A stretch of DNA of 64,000 nucleotides from NCBI GenBank assembly GCA_965552055.1, contig CBEVQO010000009.1:1-64000 (forward strand), given 5' to 3'. Each line of letters opens with the position of its first letter. The first letter of the stretch is position 1. The stretch comes from an uncultured bacterium. Its GTDB lineage: Bacteria; Hydrothermota; UBA3073; NMUJ01; CBEVQO01. The notes under the pieces were generated by a model. That model did not search any database. It was not told where the DNA came from and saw nothing but the letters and a program-made list of their open reading frames with translations. Shown here in pieces: positions 30,595 through 39,202 of the stretch. The position numbers and the translations under genes are program-made.

Positions 30595-32228
30595 TGAAGG
30601 TGGTTAAAATGAAAGTGCATGATAAAATATTTAGCGAATTACCTGAAAAAGAATATCTCAAGAGTACTCCTTACGAGCATAGAAGAAAATTAGGGCAATT
30701 TTTTACGCCTATGTTTATAGCAGATTTAATGACTGAATGGATAGTGAATAATGAAAGTGGTACAGAAATATTAGATCCTGCATTAGGTTTAGGAATATTT
30801 TTCAGATCAATTATGAAGAATCACTTTGATAAAATCAAGAAGTTTAATTTTATAGGATACGAAATAGATAAAAACATGGTAAAACTTTCAAAGGATTTAT
30901 TTTCAAATATTCCAGAAATAAATGTTCAAATACATAATAGAGACTATCTAACCGAGGACTGGGAAAGAAAATATGATGGTATTGTATGCAACCCTCCCTA
31001 CTTAAAATTCCATGATTACGAACCAAAGGATGTCCTTCTCGATATGTTCAAAGCGAGATTAGGAATGAAACTATCGGGATTTACTAATATTTATACGCTG
31101 TTTATTCTTAAATCAATTTGGCAATTAAGAAATGGAGGAAGGGCAGCCTATATTGTCCCATCTGAATTTTTAAATTCGGATTACGGTAAAAATGTAAAAA
31201 AATATATCAAAAAGAGTGAGACTCTTAGATTTGTGATAATAATTGACTTTAATCTTGGTGTGTTCGAAGATGCTACAACGACTTCATCTATACTTTTATT
31301 CGCTAAAGATCAAAATAATAAGGAAGTAGAATTTATCAATATTAAGAGCTTAAGGGAATTAGAATTAATCAAGAACTACATTCTATCCTATCCGCTTACA
31401 AGGAAAAAGGGGAGAGTAGTTAAAATCAAGGAATTAGATGAAGCACAAAAATGGAGAATTTATTATCAAGAACTTAATGGAAGTAAGTACAAACATTTAG
31501 TTCCTTTTTCAAAATATGCGAAGGTATCAAGAGGTATAGCAACCGGTGCTAATAGTTATTTTATGTTTTCGGAAAGTAAGAGAGTTAAATATGGTATAAA
31601 AATGAAATTTCTATTGCCCTGTTTAGCAAAAGCATCTTATGCTAGGAAACATTTTTTTACTAATGGCGATTTCGAGAAGTTAAGAAAAGCGGATAAACCA
31701 GTCTATTTGTTAAATGCTACAGATTTATCTGATGAGAATCTGAGAAAATATATAGAATTAGGAGAAAAACAAGGAATACACAAGCGTTATCTTACAAGTC
31801 ATAGAACTCCTTGGTACTCACTAGAAAATCGGCCACCGGCACCAATCCTTGTGACGGTATTTAATCGAACAGGACTAAGATTTGTACGGAATGAAGCAGG
31901 GGTTTATAACTTAACAGCATTTCATTGTGTATATTTAAAACCTAATATTATACCCAAGGTGGACTTACTGATGGCTTACTTAATTACTGATGTTGCAAGA
32001 GAAATCTTTGAAGATAGCAGACGAGAATATGGAGGAGGATTAAGAAAGTTTGAACCAAATGATCTAAATAATGCTTTTGTTGTTGATTTAGAAAAAATTA
32101 ACCCAGAACATGAAAAAGAGATTTTGAAGTTATTTTACGAATTCAGAGACAAAGAAATAAAAGGAGAAAATACAACTAATGTAAAAAATGAACTTAACGA
32201 AATATTTTTAGAAATATTTAGGAGGTGA
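30594..32228 (+). CDS. N6-adenine DNA methyltransferase, gamma class (cognate MTase, cassette 1)
   Basis: GQFFTP, LDPALGLG (motif I), CNPPY (motif IV), RGIATG, REYGGGLRKFEP. Confidence 0.9.
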   Translation: MKVVKMKVHDKIFSELPEKEYLKSTPYEHRRKLGQFFTPMFIADLMTEWIVNNESGTEILDPALGLGIFFRSIMKNHFDKIKKFNFIGYEIDKNMVKLSKDLFSNIPEINVQIHNRDYLTEDWERKYDGIVCNPPYLKFHDYEPKDVLLDMFKARLGMKLSGFTNIYTLFILKSIWQLRNGGRAAYIVPSEFLNSDYGKNVKKYIKKSETLRFVIIIDFNLGVFEDATTTSSILLFAKDQNNKEVEFINIKSLRELELIKNYILSYPLTRKKGRVVKIKELDEAQKWRIYYQELNGSKYKHLVPFSKYAKVSRGIATGANSYFMFSESKRVKYGIKMKFLLPCLAKASYARKHFFTNGDFEKLRKADKPVYLLNATDLSDENLRKYIELGEKQGIHKRYLTSHRTPWYSLENRPPAPILVTVFNRTGLRFVRNEAGVYNLTAFHCVYLKPNIIPKVDLLMAYLITDVAREIFEDSRREYGGGLRKFEPNDLNNAFVVDLEKINPEHEKEILKLFYEFRDKEIKGENTTNVKNELNEIFLEIFRR

Positions 32229-32279
32229 CGGTTTGCGGGATACGCTTCGCCACTATCGTGGCTCGCCCCTAACGGGGTC

Positions 32280-32370
32280 GCCTAACAAGCGGGTATCTGG
32301 CTTCGGCCTACGCCTTCGCCCAAATCCTTCGCTATCGCTCAGGACTTCAGATACCCGCCAAACGTTATAC
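32280..32370 (+). other. attC site 1
   Basis: GCCTAAC...GCGGGTATCTG...CAGATACCCGC...GTTATAC imperfect inverted repeat. Confidence 0.88.
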
Positions 32371-32401
32371 GCCATGCTCATGGATGAGGAGGTTGAACTA
32401 A

Positions 32402-33613
32402 ATGAATGAAAAATCTGAAAAGGAAATCCTCGAAGAATTTATAGTAAATAATCCAGAACTCGAAAAATTGGAAGAAATTATTAATACATTTAATATATTT
32501 GATGCTTTAAATATGGTAAATTATGAAATAAGACATTCTATTTTTCTTTCTTGGTTGATGAATCCTCAAGAAAGCCATGGATTAAAGGATTATTTTTTAA
32601 AATCCTTTCTAAAAACAATAGCTTTAAAAGCTTCTACACTTGGTATAAAAGAAGTCTCAGTATTTGATATAGATTATTGGGATTTTAATGATGCAGAAAT
32701 ATTAAGAGAATGGAGAAATATTGACATCCTGATAAGATGCGATGAGCAGAAATTTATTTGCGCCATAGAAAATAAAATATATTCCAAAGAACATAGCGAT
32801 CAATTACAAAAATATAAAAAAGTAATCAAAAACGAATACCCGGAATATAAAAAATTGTTTGTCTACTTGACAGTAGAAGGGGATATTCCGTCTGACAATG
32901 AATACATACCTTTAAGTTATAGTGAAATAGTCCCAATAATAGAACGTCTCATAGAAAGTAAAAAAGACAAATTAGGTTCAGAAATATTATCCTTCATTTC
33001 ACACTATAAAGATATGTTAAGGAGGTATATCATGAAGGATTCCGAAATCCAAGAATTGTGTAGAAGAATCTACCAAAGGCATAAAAAAGCATTAGATCTC
33101 ATTTTTGAGTATAAGCCGGACAAGTTATCGGAAATATACGACTGTCTAGTTGAAATAATAAAAAAGGATAGCGACTTAATCCTAGATGATTCAAGCAAAT
33201 CATATATAAGGTTTATTCCAAAGAGTTTAGATTTTATTCCTAAACAAGGAGAAGGATGGACTAAATCAAAGAGAATACTGCTATTCGAATTTCAAAATAC
33301 TACTGACGGATTGTCTTTATATCTTATTATTGGTCCTGGTTCGGGAGATATCAGAAAAATCCTTTATAATAAAGCTAAAGAAAACACAGGTATTTTTAAC
33401 AAATCCAACCGTAAGCTAACCCCGCAGTGGTTTACTATTTACAAGAAATCCGTATTAAAACCCAAAGACTACGAAGATAAAGATATAGAAGAAATCAAAA
33501 CGATTCTCGAAAAGAAATTCGAAAAGATTAAAAATACAGATTTACGCGAAATTGTAAAGAAAATTAAAGAAATTGAAAAAGAAGTTAAGAAATTTAATGA
33601 GCACAGCGTATAA
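32402..33613 (+). CDS. PD-(D/E)XK nuclease-family protein (PDDEXK_4-like; cassette 2)
   Basis: EIRHS.FLSWL.NP.ESHG, REWRNIDILI...IENKI.S.EH.DQL.KY. Confidence 0.8.
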   Translation: MNEKSEKEILEEFIVNNPELEKLEEIINTFNIFDALNMVNYEIRHSIFLSWLMNPQESHGLKDYFLKSFLKTIALKASTLGIKEVSVFDIDYWDFNDAEILREWRNIDILIRCDEQKFICAIENKIYSKEHSDQLQKYKKVIKNEYPEYKKLFVYLTVEGDIPSDNEYIPLSYSEIVPIIERLIESKKDKLGSEILSFISHYKDMLRRYIMKDSEIQELCRRIYQRHKKALDLIFEYKPDKLSEIYDCLVEIIKKDSDLILDDSSKSYIRFIPKSLDFIPKQGEGWTKSKRILLFEFQNTTDGLSLYLIIGPGSGDIRKILYNKAKENTGIFNKSNRKLTPQWFTIYKKSVLKPKDYEDKDIEEIKTILEKKFEKIKNTDLREIVKKIKEIEKEVKKFNEHSV

Positions 33614-33695
33614 CAGCGGACATACGGCTGCGGTGCTTCGCCCCTTCGCCCAAATTTCCCTTCGGGAAACTTCGTATGTCCGCAGAACGTTGTCC
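33608..33695 (+). other. attC site 2
   Basis: GTATAAC...GCGGACATACG...CGTATGTCCGC...GTTGTCC. Confidence 0.88.
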
Positions 33696-33733
33696 GAAAT
33701 TCGGCTCGGCGGCTGTAAAATGGAGGTGAATAT

Positions 33734-34723
33734 ATGGCAACAGAAATAAAAGTATGGCAAATTATTGACGGTAAATTGGAGCTTATTGAAACAACAATGA
33801 TTGAAGCGGGACGGAAAGAAACAGAAGACCTTGAGAAATGGATTAAAAGTAACCCCTTAATCCTTGGAGAAGATATATTAATTATAGGAGAACAAGTGCT
33901 CACAAAATCTGGTTCAATAGATTTTCTTGGAATAGATAAATTAGGTAATCTTGTTGTAGTTGAATTAAAAAGAGATAAACTCCCAAGAGATGTCTTATCT
34001 CAAGCGATAGATTATGCTTCAGATGTGGCTTCGTGGGATGTGGATAAGATCAGCGAGGTTTGTACTAAATATACGGGGCGGAGTTTGGAAGATTACCTAA
34101 GCGAGAAATTTGAGGATGTTGATTTGGAAGATTTGACAATCAATAAAACTCAAAGAATTTTGCTTGTTGGTTTTTCAATCGAGGAATCATTACAAAGAAT
34201 GATTGAATGGCTCTCAAATAATTATGGTGTTAGTATCAATGCTGTTATTTTGAAGTATATAAAAACAAAAGGTAATGAAGAACTTATTGCTCGAACGGTA
34301 ATTATTCCTGAGGAGATAGAAAAGGAAAGAACCAGAAAACGGCAAATACAATTTCCAATGTCCGATGAACCTGGGAGTTACAGTGAGGATGAGCTTAGAA
34401 AGAAGTTGATTGATTATTTGTCTGAAAACAGAGATACCCCTCGTCGTATTAGGGAAATATTACTTCCTTTATGTTTAAAACATAAACTTGTGACGAGGGA
34501 AATGATTAAAGAAGAGTTGATTAAAAAAGGAGAAGCTGATGACGAGGGTAAAGCAGGAAGAATTTTAACCACGATCTCAAAAGAAATTGGATATGCGCCA
34601 AGAGATTATCTTCGTCAGATTATACAATATGATAAACCCAACCCTTGGGAAAAGGAAAATTATAGATTAATAGAAGATTACAAAGATTTGGTACGAAGTG
34701 TATTGGAGAATCTGAACAAATAG
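33734..34723 (+). CDS. NucS/EndoMS-like PD-(D/E)XK endonuclease domain protein (cassette 3)
   Basis: EDLEKWI...IGEQV...IDFLGID..GNLVVVELKR...QAIDYA. Confidence 0.8.
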   Translation: MATEIKVWQIIDGKLELIETTMIEAGRKETEDLEKWIKSNPLILGEDILIIGEQVLTKSGSIDFLGIDKLGNLVVVELKRDKLPRDVLSQAIDYASDVASWDVDKISEVCTKYTGRSLEDYLSEKFEDVDLEDLTINKTQRILLVGFSIEESLQRMIEWLSNNYGVSINAVILKYIKTKGNEELIARTVIIPEEIEKERTRKRQIQFPMSDEPGSYSEDELRKKLIDYLSENRDTPRRIREILLPLCLKHKLVTREMIKEELIKKGEADDEGKAGRILTTISKEIGYAPRDYLRQIIQYDKPNPWEKENYRLIEDYKDLVRSVLENLNK

Positions 34724-34787
34724 GAAGGTGAAAAAATAGTATGCCGCCGAGCCGAACTCTCCGCTTCGCTTCGGTGCTGTCGCACTC

Positions 34788-34881
34788 GGACAACAGGTGG
34801 ATATGTGGCTTCGCCTTCGGTTACGCCCAAATTTGCTTTGCTAATGCTCCGCAAACTTCACATATCCCCAGAACGTTAGGC
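34788..34881 (+). other. attC site 3
   Basis: GGACAAC...GGATATGTG...CACATATCC...GTTAGGC. Confidence 0.85.
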
Positions 34882-34938
34882 GTAATCGGGCAGTGCGGCT
34901 TGGAAGAAAAAACAATAAAAAATTGAGGAGGGATTATT

Positions 34939-35460
34939 ATGATTATGAAAGAAGAAAAACTCTACAAAGAAGGGTTTGAAAATTATCCTATTGGTTGCGT
35001 TATCAGGCAAAATATCTTTTTTCTTGCTTATTTTGGGATAGGGCTTATTGGAATGCTACCGCTCCAAATCCTCGGATTTCCAATAATTTCGGCGTTGTAT
35101 GCTCTATTCCTTATCCTAATGCTTCTCTTTGTCTTAAGAAAACATCTCTGCACGCATTGCTATTACTACGGAAAGCTATGCAGCACAGGTTGGGGCAAGC
35201 TATCTGCTCTTATGTTCAAGAAAAAATCTGGAAATTATCAACTGGGAGTGAAACTTGCTGGTATAACATGGATATTGGCAACAACAATACCCATTGTGGG
35301 AATTATCCTGGCACTCTTTCTTGACTACTCTTCCTCAAATCTAATCTTCCTTATTCTGTTTATTCTTTTGTCTCCGGTTAATTTCATAAGCCATAAAAAA
35401 GCCTGTGAAAAATGTAAAATGAGATTTATCTGCCCGGCAAGTATGACAAAGGGTGATTAA
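34939..35460 (+). CDS. Small multi-pass membrane protein with two Cys clusters (cassette 4)
   Basis: Four hydrophobic segments; HLCTHCYYYGKLC and CEKC....CP. Confidence 0.7.
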   Translation: MIMKEEKLYKEGFENYPIGCVIRQNIFFLAYFGIGLIGMLPLQILGFPIISALYALFLILMLLFVLRKHLCTHCYYYGKLCSTGWGKLSALMFKKKSGNYQLGVKLAGITWILATTIPIVGIILALFLDYSSSNLIFLILFILLSPVNFISHKKACEKCKMRFICPASMTKGD

Positions 35461-35461
35461 A

Positions 35462-35925
35462 ATGGAGATAAGGGAATTCAAAATTGAAGATTGGCAAAAA
35501 GTGAGATTTCTGGAAATCATTAAATTTCTTAACTCCATTTGATAGGAAATGGATATATGAAAGAAAAATCAGAGAATATCCAGATCTATTCTTGATTGCG
35601 GAAGATAATGGAAAAGTTGTTAGAACATGTATAGCAAACTACGATGTTCAGTTGAGCTACATTCGTTTTTTGATTAAGGAAGGTTACGAGTCTGTAGGAA
35701 TTGAATTGTTAAAAGAAATGGAGAAGAGACTGAGAAAGAGAGGAACTTTAGCAATGTTCATTGTGCCTCGCAAAGGAAAACCATGTGAGAGGTCTTTAAA
35801 GGCAATAAAACTTGAAGGATTAAACAAATATGCAAACTGCGAATTCTGGGTGAAATTTTTAAATAAGAAGGAGGATTTTCCACCATTAGTAATAGGTGCA
35901 GATGCTACATTAGCTAAAAACCTTC
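35462..35925 (+). pseudogene. Frameshifted GNAT-like acetyltransferase (cassette 4)
   Basis: ATG 35462 reads MEIREFKIEDWQKV; another frame continues ...REYPDLFLIAEDNGKVV...GIELLKEMEKRL; 3' end uncertain. Confidence 0.6.
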
Positions 35926-35972
35926 GCCTAACAGCGCGTTTGCGGTTCGCTCCGCTCGTAATAAAAATTTTT
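35926..35972 (+). other. Truncated attC (left half only) joined to the dispersed-repeat right motif
   Basis: GCCTAAC at 35926 complements cassette-4 start GTTAGGC; followed by GTTCGCTCCGCTCGTAATAAAAATTTTT with no closing GTT core. Confidence 0.65.
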
Positions 35973-36007
35973 ATTGACATCCTCACATTTTGAATAAATA
36001 AAGTGAT

Positions 36008-37930
36008 ATGTTAACCTTCGTATTAGCACTTGGCATACCTTATGGCGGGATTAAAAATCTATCGTTAATCGATACAAACTTCATCCAGCTTGTCCCCAGA
36101 TACAAAGAAAAATCAACGAGAAAAATCGAAGCATACGCAAGTTACGATGAAAAATTCCTTTACATAAAGGTAAAACCCTTCTATACCGAAAATGAGCGCT
36201 TCGCCAAAACAATAGCAAGAGACGGAAACTTCGAAGGTGAAGATGCAATCTTCATAATAATCGACCCACTATGCTCGGGAAAATATTACTGGTTCGGAGT
36301 AAATTTACTTTGTACAAAACAGGATGGCAACGGAATAGAAGGAGGAGGAAGCTCAAAAGAATGGGACGCTATTTGGGATTGTGAAGTAAAACAACATAAA
36401 GATTACTGGTACGCAATATTTAAAATACCATGGAAAGCAATAAATTTTAACTTTGAAAATAATAAGATAAGATTGAATATAGTTGTGCAAAATTACAGCA
36501 ACCATGAAACAGATTATCTTTTCGATACAGGTGCAGATATCTATAAGCCTTCGCTTTTCGGAGAATTCGAACTACTAGATTTTTCAAAAGTTAAATCAAA
36601 ATTAAAAAGCAAATCAATATTTACATTTTTACCTTATTTCTCCGGATACAAAGAAGGATACAAATACGGGATTGACACAAAAATAAGAAAAGGCAAAAAT
36701 TCGCTTTGCATAGCTTATAACCTCGATTATGTGGAAGTCGAACCTGACATTGCTCAAATTTCACTATCTCCTTATGCCCAGGAATATTATCCAGAGAAAA
36801 GAAAATTCTTCACAGAAGGACTCTACCTCATACCAATGAGTGTATTTTATACAAGGAAAATAAAAACAGTGAAACTCGGAATAAAAGCTTATGGCTCAAT
36901 ACAAAATTTCAGATATAACATTATGGGGGTATCAGAGCTCGAAGATACCAATAATTTCTTTGTCGGTATAGTTTCCAGCAAGAAAGGAAATCTATATCAA
37001 TCTTTCGGAATAGTTAATAAAGATTTTGATAATTATTGTTTTGTCTTCACCCAAATAAATTATAATTTCAGCAAAGAATACTATTATTCTTTGAATTTCT
37101 CTTCCAATTTAATAATTGAAGATACAGCAATTTCTCTAATAAAAGGTTCAAAGATTTTACAGTTCTTCGGTTATAAAAAGCCAACATACTGGGGGAACTT
37201 TTGTTTATTTTATGATGGTAAAATGTCAATGCCGAGATATGCATTTGGATATATAATTGATTATAAATCTTACGGTGCTTCCTGGTTCAACTGGTTTAAT
37301 GTTTACCCTGATATATTAAAAGAAATAAATGGATACTGGAATCTTTACTTTTCTATTGTTGAAGATACACTCCGCTCATTTTCTTTTTCAACTCGTCCAA
37401 CTTTTGTAATATCCGATTATCTTTGCACTTACTTTGGTGCTGTTTACTCTAAAGATGAATTTTGGGAATGGGAGGAAATTTCATCATGGTTTGGCTTATC
37501 GATGGGCAAAGAGTATGGTGCAAGTATGAGCATCAAAATAGGCAAAGCAGGTGAAACTAGTAAAAAATTAGAGCAATTGTATTCTTATAACGGAAAAGTA
37601 TTTGCAAATTTAAAAAGGATGAGATATAATCTGGGATTCGAAAAATCTATGTCAACATATCTTGCAAAACCTTTTATCTGCTTATACACCAGTGCGAAAA
37701 TAAATCTTACAAACTGGATTAGATTGAGATTATTCGGGGAATATTATGAGAAACAATATAAGTGGCAGGAAGAGCTACAAAAAATTTTATCACTAAATAT
37801 GCTAATCGGGATAGAAAAATTACCATTTAAATTTTATCTGGTACTTAATGGAGATTATGATTTTGCTACAAAAGAATGGGAAAAAGAATTTTATCTTAAA
37901 TTAAAATATTTATTTGAACTGGAAAAATGA
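36008..37930 (+). CDS. CBM9-like/DUF5916-like outer-membrane protein
   Basis: WDAIWD...FKIPW; VEPD...LSPY..YYPEKRKFFTEG; aromatic-rich beta-barrel-like C-terminus FYLKLKYLF. Confidence 0.65.
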   Translation: MLTFVLALGIPYGGIKNLSLIDTNFIQLVPRYKEKSTRKIEAYASYDEKFLYIKVKPFYTENERFAKTIARDGNFEGEDAIFIIIDPLCSGKYYWFGVNLLCTKQDGNGIEGGGSSKEWDAIWDCEVKQHKDYWYAIFKIPWKAINFNFENNKIRLNIVVQNYSNHETDYLFDTGADIYKPSLFGEFELLDFSKVKSKLKSKSIFTFLPYFSGYKEGYKYGIDTKIRKGKNSLCIAYNLDYVEVEPDIAQISLSPYAQEYYPEKRKFFTEGLYLIPMSVFYTRKIKTVKLGIKAYGSIQNFRYNIMGVSELEDTNNFFVGIVSSKKGNLYQSFGIVNKDFDNYCFVFTQINYNFSKEYYYSLNFSSNLIIEDTAISLIKGSKILQFFGYKKPTYWGNFCLFYDGKMSMPRYAFGYIIDYKSYGASWFNWFNVYPDILKEINGYWNLYFSIVEDTLRSFSFSTRPTFVISDYLCTYFGAVYSKDEFWEWEEISSWFGLSMGKEYGASMSIKIGKAGETSKKLEQLYSYNGKVFANLKRMRYNLGFEKSMSTYLAKPFICLYTSAKINLTNWIRLRLFGEYYEKQYKWQEELQKILSLNMLIGIEKLPFKFYLVLNGDYDFATKEWEKEFYLKLKYLFELEK

Positions 37931-38619
37931 TTGCGATTTTGTTTTTTATTTGCAAAATATTTGCACCGGCATACACAGAGACACTGATTTTTGATACCAG
38001 AGAAATAGAGGAAGTAAAATTAGTAATCAATGGGGTATTAAAAATAAAAACCTATGAAGATGATTTTATTAAAGGTGAAATCCAAGTATTCACATTTGGA
38101 GAAAAACCAGCAAAACCCAAAATTATCCAAAGGAAAAAAGGCAAAAAGCTGATAATAAAAATGGATATAGAAAGAGTTAAAAATCAATCGCTTCACGCAA
38201 ATCTCACTATACCGAAATCTTTAAAAACAATAGATATACAGATGGAAGGAGTAATAGAAATCGATAGCGGACAAGAATCTCAAGCCAATTTGTTCTGCAA
38301 CATTAAAAAAGGAGGAGTTGTATCAGTGAATGGGATGGCATTTAAAAGAATGAAAATCAAAATGGATGAAGGAATACTAACTTTCACATCAAAAAGTATT
38401 AGAAAAAATTTTAAATTCGATGCAAAATTAAATTTTGGATATGTTAAGATAGATCTACCTGATGATAAAGAAGTTGCGATTTTCTTAAAAGGAGAGCCAG
38501 GTCGAATTCATAGCGATTTCCCTATACACAGTTTCGAAGAGATAGGAAAGATAAAGAAAAGATGCAAAATTCTACTCGAAATAAAATCGGGCATCGTAAC
38601 TTGCTATCGCTCGCATTGA
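37927..38619 (+). CDS. DUF4097-like exported hypothetical protein (distantly like 26606-27382)
   Basis: Hydrophobic N-terminus; DFIKGEI, G.VKIDLPDD, IHSDFPI resemble segments of the 26606 protein. Confidence 0.55.
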   Translation: MIAILFFICKIFAPAYTETLIFDTREIEEVKLVINGVLKIKTYEDDFIKGEIQVFTFGEKPAKPKIIQRKKGKKLIIKMDIERVKNQSLHANLTIPKSLKTIDIQMEGVIEIDSGQESQANLFCNIKKGGVVSVNGMAFKRMKIKMDEGILTFTSKSIRKNFKFDAKLNFGYVKIDLPDDKEVAIFLKGEPGRIHSDFPIHSFEEIGKIKKRCKILLEIKSGIVTCYRSH

Positions 38620-38636
38620 AAATTTTTAATACAAAA

Positions 38637-38942
38637 TTATTTTAATAAGTTCAAAATTGCAGTAATTAAAGTGCCAACTATTCCTGATATTGCACCTATC
38701 AATAGCCACATTAATTTGTCAATCCTTCTGTTTGTTTCATCTATCCTCTTGTTAGTTTCCGCTGTCTTTTCATCTATCCTCTTGTTAGTTTCTGCTATCT
38801 TTTCATCTATCCTCATGTTTAATTCACTTATCGCTTTCTGGAACTCTTCTTTAGTCACAAATTTATCCAGTTTCTCTTCTATTCTTATCACTCTACCTGC
38901 TGTACTTAACTCAAATTTCCTGAACATATCCTCTTCCATCAT
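38637..38942 (-). CDS. Small coiled-coil protein with C-terminal TM helix and 11-aa repeats; upstream start probably frameshifted
   Basis: RIDEKxAETNK repeats (33-bp DNA repeats near 38735-38815); SD and ATG at 39019 are in another frame. Confidence 0.65.
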   Translation of the reverse strand: MMEEDMFRKFELSTAGRVIRIEEKLDKFVTKEEFQKAISELNMRIDEKIAETNKRIDEKTAETNKRIDETNRRIDKLMWLLIGAISGIVGTLITAILNLLK

Positions 38943-39156
38943 TGCCTCGGTTGGAATTTTTTCACTGCTTTCCTTACCGCTTCTTCCAGTTTCTCTTTCT
39001 CAATTTTTGCTTCAGCCATCTTCCCCTCCTTTATAAATATTAATCATGCTTACAATTTGTCAATAAATTTTATAAATTTTTTACAATCTTTATCCGCTCC
39101 CTTACTCATTTCACCTTACCCATGTGTAATAAACTCCACTTGCATTAAAATTTTAA

Positions 39157-39183
39157 TTGACGAACTAATATTTTCAATATAAT
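39157..39183 (+). promoter_or_regulatory. sigma70-like promoter TTGACG-N15-TATAAT
   Basis: Upstream of SD AGGAGG and ATG 39203. Confidence 0.55.
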
Positions 39184-39202
39184 ACCTCAAAAAGGAGGAA
39201 TA

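Larger units (their letters stand above)
28405..35932 (+). mobile_element. Chromosomal integron with four gene cassettes, integrase co-directional with cassettes
   Basis: Integrase, attI-like site and three full attC sites plus one half attC; each cassette's 5' GTT core is complementary to its 3' AAC core. Confidence 0.85.

Noticed and set aside
34741..34926. 61-aa ORF and the 33469-33903 antisense ORF
   Set aside because: They run through attC sites, whose GC-rich palindromes commonly give spurious open frames.
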